Assembly (NCBI GenBank): GCA_030059665.1
Contig: JANVYR010000002.1
Coordinates: forward strand, 192,001-256,000
Direction of reading: 5' to 3'
DNA: 64,000 nucleotides
DNA from: Candidatus Calditenuis fumarioli
GTDB lineage: Archaea; Thermoproteota; Nitrososphaeria_A; Caldarchaeales; Calditenuaceae
The notes under the pieces were generated by a model that saw only the letters and a list, made by a program, of their open reading frames with translations, was not told where the DNA came from and did not search any database. The translations under genes were made by a program, and so were the position numbers. This document shows positions 56,577-64,000 of this stretch, piece by piece (the first letter of the stretch is position 1; each line of letters starts with the position of its first letter).

Positions 56577-57836
56577 ATGGAGGAGCTCCAGCGGAAGACG
56601 GGGGGTGAGGAGGACCCTCTGACCGACCTGATCCGGAGGAGCCTAAACAGATCGTCCGTCTTCAAGAACAGGGACGTCCTCAGGGCGGACTACATACCCG
56701 GGAACCTGCCGCACAGGTGGGAGCACGTCAGGAGGCTGGGAGAGATCTTGGCGCCGAGCCTTAGGGGCACGAGACCCAGCAACGTCTTCATCTACGGCAA
56801 GACCGGCACGGGTAAGACCGCGGTCGTCAAGCACGTCTTCAAGCGGTTCGAGGAGGAGGCGATGCGGATGAACCTGCCTCTGAAGTTCGTCTATGTCAAC
56901 TGCAGGGTAGCAGGGACGGAGTACAGGGTTCTCTCGGAGCTCTGCGCGTCGCTGGGCGTCAAGGTCCCCTTCACCGGCCTCTCGAAGGCTGAGGTGATGA
57001 ACCGGTTCAGGAACGCCCTCCACAGGTCAGAGGTCCTCATGGTCACGTGCCTCGACGAGATAGACCACCTGGTGAAGTCCAGCGGCGACGAGTCCCTCTA
57101 CCAGCTCACGAGGATCAACGAGGGCTCCCAGGGAGGGCAGATGTCGATCGTCGGCGTCTCAAATGACCTGATGTTCAAGGAGATGCTGGATCCGAGGGTC
57201 CTGAGCAGCCTCAGCGAGGAGGAGATTGTCTTCCACCCCTACACCGCGGTCGAGCTGGTCGACATCCTCAGCGAGCGGGCCAAGGTGGCCTTCCACGAGG
57301 GTGCGGTCTCGGACGGCGTGATACAGCTCTGCGCTGCGCTCGCTGCGGCGGAGCACGGTGATGCCAGGAGGGCCCTCGACCTCTTGAGGGTGGCGGCGGA
57401 GCTGGCTGAGAGGGAGGGCTCTGACAAGGTCGAGGAGAGGCACGTGAGGGCGGCCTTCGGCGTCATCGAGCAGGGAAGGATCTACGAGGCCCTGTCGACG
57501 TTGCCACTGCACGGCAGGATCGTTCTGCTCGCGGTCTACCAGTGCGTGAGGGCGGGCATCCAGAAGGTCACGACCGGCATCGTCTACAACCAGTACAGGA
57601 ACATATGCTCCGCCCTCGGAGTCGAGCCCTTGACCGACAGGAGGGTGAGCTCCATCATCTCTGAGCTGAGCATGCTCGGCGTCCTCAGCAGCGACGTGGT
57701 GAGCTACGGCCGTTACGGCAGGACCAGGAGGATAGCGCTGAACGTCCCACTGGACGAGCTGGAGAACGTCTTCGTGAACGACGAGGCCCTCTCGAACCTG
57801 CTGGAGCTGCCCGTGAGCGAACTGAAGGGCGCTTGA
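56577..57836 (+). CDS. cdc6: Orc1/Cdc6 replication initiator
   Basis: FKNRDVL..DYIP, GKTGTGKT, LDEID, GDARRALDLLR, C-terminal wH. ATG at 56577. Confidence 0.96.
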   Translation: MEELQRKTGGEEDPLTDLIRRSLNRSSVFKNRDVLRADYIPGNLPHRWEHVRRLGEILAPSLRGTRPSNVFIYGKTGTGKTAVVKHVFKRFEEEAMRMNLPLKFVYVNCRVAGTEYRVLSELCASLGVKVPFTGLSKAEVMNRFRNALHRSEVLMVTCLDEIDHLVKSSGDESLYQLTRINEGSQGGQMSIVGVSNDLMFKEMLDPRVLSSLSEEEIVFHPYTAVELVDILSERAKVAFHEGAVSDGVIQLCAALAAAEHGDARRALDLLRVAAELAEREGSDKVEERHVRAAFGVIEQGRIYEALSTLPLHGRIVLLAVYQCVRAGIQKVTTGIVYNQYRNICSALGVEPLTDRRVSSIISELSMLGVLSSDVVSYGRYGRTRRIALNVPLDELENVFVNDEALSNLLELPVSELKGA

Positions 57837-59299
57837 GCTCACACCTCTCCACCAAGTCCAGGATAGCCCGGAGGATCCTCAGCTCAGGGTACCAGGTGAC
57901 GCCGGACGCGCTGGACCGGCTGACCGCTCTCGGCGAGGAGCTGGCTGCGGAGCTCGTGAAGTGGCTCTCGTCGCGGGCGGTGAGGGGGTCTGTTGTGGAC
58001 GCGTCGGTCATCGAGCGCTTCCTCGGCGAGCGGTCACAGCGGAGTATCCCTCACGAGGAGGAGGCAGTCGCAGGGCACGATGGTGTTGCAACCGAGGAGC
58101 TCAACTTGACGGTTCTGAAGCCGACCTACGAGGAGATCAGGATGGAGGGGAAGGCGGAGGAGTTCACGGTCTACCGGGTCACGAGGTTCGGGGCCCTCTG
58201 GAGGATAACGTCCCAGAGGGGGCTGCCGCTGAGGTCGCTGAGGGAGATCCTCGAGTCGGGCGACGAGGGATATGCGGTCTGCGAGGTCAGGGAGGTCTCC
58301 AAGGGCGACGGCTACTACAGGCTCCGGCTTGAGGACCCCAACGGGATCTGGACCGCCGTAGCTTCCGCCAGGGACAGGTCGCTCTCCGAGAAGGTCGAGG
58401 GCCTCTGCAGCGACATGGTGGTCGCGGTGAGGGTCGCAGCGAAAGGTGGGAGGCTGGTGGTGAAAGACGTCATGCTGCCGGACCTCCCCCAATCGGAGAG
58501 GCCCTTCAAAGGCCCGGACGTCAGGGTCTGCGTAATCTCCGACGTCCACGTGGGCAGCTCCCGGTTCAACAGGAGGGCCTTCGAGGACTTCCTCAGCTGG
58601 CTCTCGTCGGAGCACGAGGACCTGAACGTGAGGCTGCTGCTGATCAACGGCGACCTCGTCGACGGCGTCTTCGTCTACCCGGGCCAGAGGGAGGAGCTGG
58701 AGATCAGGACGCTGAGGGACCAGTTCGCCGAGGCGGGGAGGCTTCTGGCGAGGGTGCCGAGGCGGGTGGAGATCGCGTACGTCCCCGGGAACCACGAGCC
58801 GGTGAGGAGGGCGCTGCCGCAGCCGCCGGTCCACGCGGACCACAGGAGACTCCTCGACCCAGAGGGGAGGATCCTCTTCCTGGGAAACCCGGCGCTGATC
58901 GAGGTCGGAGGCGCGAGGGTCCTGCTCTTCCACGGCCAGACGATGGACGACGTGATCCAGTCGAGCATGAGGTTCTCGTACAGCGACCTCCGGAGGACGG
59001 CCGGCGAGGTGATGGAGGTCCTTCTAAGGTCGAGGCACCTGGCTCCCTCGATGGAGGTCACACCGGTGATACCCTGGAGGGAGGACCACCTTCTGCTGGA
59101 GGAGGTCCCGCACGTGCTCGCAACTGGACACATCCACGTCGCGGCCTTCAGGGTCTACAGGGGCGCGAGGCTCGTGAACTCGGGGACCTTCCAGGACCAG
59201 ACCAAACTCCAGAAGGGCGTTGGGCTCGAGCCGACGGTGGGGACGGTGGCGGTGCTGGACCTGAGGGACCTCTCGGTGAGGTTCGAGCGGTTCGCGTGA
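57833..59299 (+). CDS. polB: DNA polymerase D small subunit DP1
   Basis: OB fold plus phosphoesterase motifs SDVHVGS, GDLVDG, PGNHE, FHG, GHIH. Confidence 0.92.
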   Translation: MSSHLSTKSRIARRILSSGYQVTPDALDRLTALGEELAAELVKWLSSRAVRGSVVDASVIERFLGERSQRSIPHEEEAVAGHDGVATEELNLTVLKPTYEEIRMEGKAEEFTVYRVTRFGALWRITSQRGLPLRSLREILESGDEGYAVCEVREVSKGDGYYRLRLEDPNGIWTAVASARDRSLSEKVEGLCSDMVVAVRVAAKGGRLVVKDVMLPDLPQSERPFKGPDVRVCVISDVHVGSSRFNRRAFEDFLSWLSSEHEDLNVRLLLINGDLVDGVFVYPGQREELEIRTLRDQFAEAGRLLARVPRRVEIAYVPGNHEPVRRALPQPPVHADHRRLLDPEGRILFLGNPALIEVGGARVLLFHGQTMDDVIQSSMRFSYSDLRRTAGEVMEVLLRSRHLAPSMEVTPVIPWREDHLLLEEVPHVLATGHIHVAAFRVYRGARLVNSGTFQDQTKLQKGVGLEPTVGTVAVLDLRDLSVRFERFA

Positions 59300-59300
59300 C

Positions 59301-62300
59301 TCAGAAGAAGCTGCTCAGGCTCGTCTGCCTCCCCTTGCCTCCACTCGCGGAGGGTTCTGTGCCGAAGAGCTGGCCGATGTTCAGGAGGGCCTCGTGCGTC
59401 GCCTCCCTGATCACCGGGTCCCTGACGTACCTCTCCAGAAGCCTCAGCACCAGCTCCACGTTCTTCTCCACCATTCCCCTGTAGACCGTCAGGTGGACGG
59501 GTTCTCCGCAGACCACGCACCTCCCCTTCAGCGGCGGCCTCTTGTACTTCGCGTTGCAGCGCCTGCAGACGAAGCCCTGCATGAAGAAGGCCCTGAGGTT
59601 TCCGACCACGTCGGGCAGCAGGTGAGACTCCATCACCCTCTCCGCAACCACCACCGGGTCCACCGCGCTCACCCTCTCGGCGGTCCTCATCTGGGCCTCG
59701 ATCTTCTCGACCAGCGTCCCGAGCCTCCGGTAAGAGGTGGAGGTGACCTCGTGGGTGAGGGAGAAGGCTGGGACCGTGAAGCCGTAGCCCCTGAGGGCGC
59801 CGGGCGTCCCGAGCCTGTCGGCCACCAGCTCGATCCTGCCCTGGAGGGCCTGGGCCTTCTCGCCCCTCGAGGCGGCCTGATAGAACTCCAGGGGGTACCG
59901 GAAAGAGACGTCGACGTTGTGCGACTGCTCGTCCACCTCCTCGGCCCTCAGCACCACCGTGATGAGGAAGGGCGTGTCCATCAGCCCACCCGTCCGGTCG
60001 GGGAGGTAGAGCGTGCTGAAGTTGATCAGCGGGTCCAGCAGCAGCATGAAGCTGTCCTCATCGCCGTCGCAGTCCCTCCTCTTCGCCGCGTGGAGCAGCG
60101 GGTGTGCGTAGGCAACGTCCGCTCTGATCACGCCTATCACCCTGCAGACGACCGCGCCGTAGGTGTGGGGCGAGAGCGCCGCGAGTAGGGCCCCTATGCA
60201 GTCCTCCGGCCCCCTCCACCGGTAGAAGGGCTCGAACCCCTTGAGCTCGAGGTACCTGTCGATGAACCTGGAGACGCGGAAGAGATGCTCGGCCAGGCTG
60301 ATCGGTATGATCACGTCCTGCGGCAGGAGCTCGCAGATCTGGTCATCCGAGACGAGCGGATCGCCCCTGTGGTCGGTCCTGTAGCCGAGCCTCCTCAGGG
60401 TCTCGAGGTCGGTCCCTATCTCTCGCGGCCTGAAGTGGGTGAGCGGCGCGTTGGTCACGTCGAACCTGACGGTTCCGTCCTTGTACACGTACAGCCCGAG
60501 CGAGGCCCTCAGGACGCCCTTCACCAGCTCCTCGGGGACCTTGTGTCTGCTCGTGAGGGACCTGACGCCCTTCACCTCCTCGACCTCGACCCTCACCTTT
60601 CCGAGGACCTCCTCGAGCTCGGACCTGAAGTCGACGACGAACTTCGAGCTGAGCGAGAGGCGCGACCCGCACGAGGGACAGGACGTCGACTGGGGCTCGA
60701 CGAACTCGGAGCCGCAGGCGCTGCAGAACCCGGCCAGCGCGGTGGAGCCACCGCAGGACTCGCACCTCTCCCTCCAAGTCCTCGATCCGCAGTCGATGCA
60801 GACCCTGACGTTCAGCTCCACTGGCCCCTTCCCCGCCCTCGCAGCGGCGACGATCGACCTCCTCATCCCTCCGAGCAGGCCCACCGGGAAGAGGACGTGC
60901 GCGGGAGGCTTCATCCTCCTCTGGTTCGCCTTCTCAGGCCTCCCCATCCTCACGCCGAGGACGGTGCCCATGCGGGGCCTGTAGGGCAGACCCGAGAGGG
61001 CAGCCAAAGCGTCGGCCACGCTCTTCTCCGAGACGTCGACGGGGCTGAACGGCCTGAAGAGGAAGATCAGCGCCTTGATCCATCCGGGCTCGAGGACGAG
61101 ACGACCGTCCCTGACCCTGTGCGGCACCAACATCGCCTCCAGCGCCCTCTTGACCTCGGGATCGTTGGGAAGGGCCCTGTACGACCTGATGTTGCTCCGG
61201 AGCCACCTCCTGATCGATTCGACCTCCTTGCCCGTGGACCTGTCCCAGAACGGCATGTACCTCGGGTGGAGGGGGACGCGCGTTCTGGCCGAGATCCTGC
61301 AGGCCACCTCGACCGGTGGGACGTTCCTGAAGGGGTCCTGGTCGGCGAGCCTGACCCACTCGAGCTCGTCGGGGCGCAACACCTCTCCCAGCTCCCGGAG
61401 GGCGGCCTTCACCTCCTCCACCCACCACTCCTCGCAGTAGCCGGGAGGCTTCAGCTGGACGTTGTTCTCGACGCAGTCGCCGAAGCTGACGAGCAGGTCC
61501 CCCACGAAGAGGACCTTTGTCCCGAACCTGAGGGCCTCCTCCAGCCTCGACGGCGAGTCGACCCTGATCACCGAGTCGTCCTCAAGCTTCACCACCGGCG
61601 GCTCGATGCAGTCCACCGGAACCGCGACCCCTCCCTTTCCCGGGTAGTCGAGCTTCAGCTGGGTGCCGACGACGACGAAGTCCTCGAGGACCCTCATCGT
61701 GTAGGGGTGAACGCCAACCGCCGACATCGACGTGTGGGGCGCCCTGCCGTACCGGAGCCTGAAGCCGCCGAAGGAATCGGCCATCGAGAAGACGGGCCTG
61801 CCGACGATGACCTCCTTCAGCACCGAGGAACCGCCCTTGGTCGAATCCCTCATCATCCTGGCCACCTCCTCGAGCCACTCCCACCCCTCGAGGCCCACCA
61901 TCTGGACCAGCTTCAGCACCTTCTTGGCCCTGCCGGCGACGCCGTCGTTCACCACCCTCAGCGCCCCTCCCCTGACGTAGGGGGTCTCCACCCTCGGAAC
62001 CTCCCTGAAGGACGGGACTGGGACTGGATCCGTCGGAACCCCCGTGATCTCTATCGGGATCCGCCTCACCACGAATTCAAGGACCTCGTCGGAGACGTTG
62101 TACTGGAAGCGACCGACCTTCCTGCGATACGTCCGGGCCTCCTCGATGAACCTCATGACCTCCTCATCGGTCGGCCTGTACCGGTCGAGCCCCAGCAGGT
62201 TCCTGACGTAGTCCGCCAGCACAACGGAGCCTGCGACCTCGGTCCCTCCCGCGGACCTGATGGGGTTGGCGTAGTAGATGGCGAGGTACCTGGTGCCGGT

Positions 62301-62687
62301 GGGGTTGGTCTTGATCCTCACGGCCGCGATGCCCTCGGTCGGTGCTGCGGTCGTCCCGGGGGGCGTCATCACCGCTAGGCAGGTCCTCACGATGTCGGTG
62401 AGCGAGGAGTCGTCCGGATGTTCGAGCTCCGAAACCAGGCTCTCGGCCAGCTTGAAGGGCAGGAGCTCCTTCTGGACGCTCTGCGCGAGGGACCTGATCA
62501 GCCCCGCGATCCCCTTCCTCCCGATCGCCGCCTCGATCCGCTCGGCCATGTCCTCCGCGACCCTCACCTCGACCTCCGGCGTCGGGTAGCGCACCCTCTC
62601 CCTCAGCTTCCTGGCGACCTCGAGGTGACGAGAGAACTCGCTCCTGATGTGCTGGAAGTACTCTTCGAGCTCGGCCCGGTGATCCAT
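59301..62687 (-). CDS. polC: DNA polymerase D large subunit DP2
   Basis: PIRSAGGTE, GGFRLRYGR, RMGRPEK, AKRRDCDGDED, Zn fingers, C-terminal PIP box QTSLSSFF. Start MDHRAE at 62687. Confidence 0.96.
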   Translation of the reverse strand: MDHRAELEEYFQHIRSEFSRHLEVARKLRERVRYPTPEVEVRVAEDMAERIEAAIGRKGIAGLIRSLAQSVQKELLPFKLAESLVSELEHPDDSSLTDIVRTCLAVMTPPGTTAAPTEGIAAVRIKTNPTGTRYLAIYYANPIRSAGGTEVAGSVVLADYVRNLLGLDRYRPTDEEVMRFIEEARTYRRKVGRFQYNVSDEVLEFVVRRIPIEITGVPTDPVPVPSFREVPRVETPYVRGGALRVVNDGVAGRAKKVLKLVQMVGLEGWEWLEEVARMMRDSTKGGSSVLKEVIVGRPVFSMADSFGGFRLRYGRAPHTSMSAVGVHPYTMRVLEDFVVVGTQLKLDYPGKGGVAVPVDCIEPPVVKLEDDSVIRVDSPSRLEEALRFGTKVLFVGDLLVSFGDCVENNVQLKPPGYCEEWWVEEVKAALRELGEVLRPDELEWVRLADQDPFRNVPPVEVACRISARTRVPLHPRYMPFWDRSTGKEVESIRRWLRSNIRSYRALPNDPEVKRALEAMLVPHRVRDGRLVLEPGWIKALIFLFRPFSPVDVSEKSVADALAALSGLPYRPRMGTVLGVRMGRPEKANQRRMKPPAHVLFPVGLLGGMRRSIVAAARAGKGPVELNVRVCIDCGSRTWRERCESCGGSTALAGFCSACGSEFVEPQSTSCPSCGSRLSLSSKFVVDFRSELEEVLGKVRVEVEEVKGVRSLTSRHKVPEELVKGVLRASLGLYVYKDGTVRFDVTNAPLTHFRPREIGTDLETLRRLGYRTDHRGDPLVSDDQICELLPQDVIIPISLAEHLFRVSRFIDRYLELKGFEPFYRWRGPEDCIGALLAALSPHTYGAVVCRVIGVIRADVAYAHPLLHAAKRRDCDGDEDSFMLLLDPLINFSTLYLPDRTGGLMDTPFLITVVLRAEEVDEQSHNVDVSFRYPLEFYQAASRGEKAQALQGRIELVADRLGTPGALRGYGFTVPAFSLTHEVTSTSYRRLGTLVEKIEAQMRTAERVSAVDPVVVAERVMESHLLPDVVGNLRAFFMQGFVCRRCNAKYKRPPLKGRCVVCGEPVHLTVYRGMVEKNVELVLRLLERYVRDPVIREATHEALLNIGQLFGTEPSASGGKGRQTSLSSFF

Positions 62688-62832
62688 CCGGGAGGCTGCG
62701 TCCGCTCGGCCGCTAAAAGAATGCACCGCTCGACAGGAGGGCCCGAGTCCCGGCGCAGGACCGGCGGTATGCCCAAGGGATCCGAGGACGGATATGGATT
62801 GATAAGTGGGACGTGGAAGGGGTGGAGAGGCG

Positions 62833-63255
62833 ATGTCGGAGCAGGAGCAGCAACAGCAGCAGGAGGCGCCGAAGCCGAAGGCAGCCATCAAGATACCGAA
62901 GAGGGTGCTCAGGTTGAGGAAGGAGAGGCCCGAGTTCGTGAGGCAGGAGAGCTGGAGGTACGTGAGGCTCAAGCCGAACTGGAGGAGGCCGAGGGGGAAG
63001 GACAGCAAGATGAGGCTCCAGGTGAAGGGGTGGCCGCCGCTGGTGAAGGTGGGCTACCGGTCGCCCCGGAAGTACAGGGGCCTCCACCCATCGGGCTTCA
63101 GGGAGGTCTTGGTGAGCAACAGGAAGGAGCTGGAGGGGCTTGACCCGAGGGTGCACGCGGTGAGGATCTCCGGCAGGGTGGGGAGGAAGAAGGCCCTCGA
63201 GATCTACGAGGCCGCCACCCAGATGGGCCTCAGGGTCCTGAACCCGCCGGCGTGA
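62833..63255 (+). CDS. rpl32e: 50S ribosomal protein L32e
   Basis: RPEFVRQES, WRRPRGKDSKMR, GYRSP, GLHPSG. Confidence 0.96.
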   Translation: MSEQEQQQQQEAPKPKAAIKIPKRVLRLRKERPEFVRQESWRYVRLKPNWRRPRGKDSKMRLQVKGWPPLVKVGYRSPRKYRGLHPSGFREVLVSNRKELEGLDPRVHAVRISGRVGRKKALEIYEAATQMGLRVLNPPA

Positions 63256-63285
63256 TCCGCTGGGCAGTTCTCCGGCACGGGCCGC

Positions 63286-63579
63286 TCACCTGATCAGACC
63301 CATTACAAATCCAATCAGCAGGCCGAGAGCGAAGGGCGGATGGTCCATTATCACGCCTAGGAAGGTCCTCGCGCTCCTTGCGGCCTGTCCGAAGAGGCCG
63401 AAGAGCTCGCTGAACCCAGGGAGGCCGGCGATCGTGATCCCGAGGAGCAGCAGTATCAGGATGCCGACGAGCACCAGCAGGATGCCCTTCAGGACCCTCG
63501 CGACGCCGTAGCCTATCAACACGCCGATCACCAGCATGACTCCCTGCACTATCACCGACTGGGTGAAGGCGTCAAGCAC
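63286..63579 (-). CDS. Small membrane protein (FUN14-like)
   Basis: GVLIGYGVARVLK pattern, 2-3 TMs. Confidence 0.6.
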   Translation of the reverse strand: MLDAFTQSVIVQGVMLVIGVLIGYGVARVLKGILLVLVGILILLLLGITIAGLPGFSELFGLFGQAARSARTFLGVIMDHPPFALGLLIGFVMGLIR

Positions 63580-63629
63580 GGATGAAAGACTCCGCCCTCG
63601 GGCTTAGACTTTTCCGTGAGGCCGTTCGA

Positions 63630-64000
63630 CTACGCCGAGCCGCCCGAGGTGCCGGCCCTCGCCAGCCTCTCCCGCAGCACGCGGCTCAGAACCGCTCCGT
63701 CGACCCTTCCCCGGTACCTCTTCATCAGCTCTCCCATGATGGGCCCGAACGGGTCGCGCCCCGACAGCCTCGGCAGGACCTCCCTCACCAGCTCGTCGAC
63801 GACCCTCTCGACCTCATCGAGAGGCGGAGCCTCCAGCCCGAGGGCCTTCAGTGCCTCCTCCACCGTGGACCCCGGATGGCCTGCGAGGTAAGCCAGCACG
63901 TCCCTTGCCGACTCCTTTGCCGTCCTGCCCTGCGCAACGAGCTCCAGGTACCTCCGGACCGCCCCGACGCCCACGTTCTCGACCGGAACGCCCTGGCGCC
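63630..64000 (-). CDS. gatE: Glu-tRNA(Gln) amidotransferase subunit E, C-terminal part (runs off the window)
   Basis: GRTAKE...LKALGL...GPIMGELMKRYRGRVDG tail. Confidence 0.75.
   Translation of the reverse strand, partial: RQGVPVENVGVGAVRRYLELVAQGRTAKESARDVLAYLAGHPGSTVEEALKALGLEAPPLDEVERVVDELVREVLPRLSGRDPFGPIMGELMKRYRGRVDGAVLSRVLRERLARAGTSGGSA

Noticed and set aside
29327-62378. Long antisense ORFs such as 29327..30976, 32627..34330 and 60285..62378
   Set aside because: Shadow frames opposite well-supported genes, expected in GC-rich DNA, with no motifs.

Overview
GC-rich archaeal chromosome segment. PolD, Gins23, Dph2, GatE, L32e and a eukaryote-like Ub/E1/E2/JAB set suggest a TACK lineage, most like Caldarchaeales/Aigarchaeota (inference). 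Bases 1-22.1 kb form an accessory locus in which a type IV pilus/T2SS-like machine is interleaved with a ubiquitin-like conjugation set. The pilus part has a VirB11-type ATPase, a TadC/FlaJ-type platform, five pilin-like proteins, a 1482-aa membrane protein and two membrane-anchored Zn-peptidases. The conjugation part has a Ubl fused in frame to an E2 (...RPVGG|AM-E2), an Rpn11-like JAB protease, and an E1 inside the pilus gene string; no E3 is visible. This is the best candidate for an undescribed system. The rest is mostly housekeeping: gins-mcm-hel308, oriC-cdc6-DP1/DP2, speD-speE, copA, thrB, archease, dph2, rpl32e and partial gatE. It also holds a 58-aa face-to-face-type histone missed by the ORF track, two oppositely oriented remnants of a tailed virus, an intron-containing tRNA-Pro(GGG), an 18-repeat CRISPR array with no cas genes in the window, a C/D-box sRNA, and a LAGLIDADG intein inside the 4Fe-4S motif of a NuoI-like protein. 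All calls come from reading the sequence; no database searches were run.
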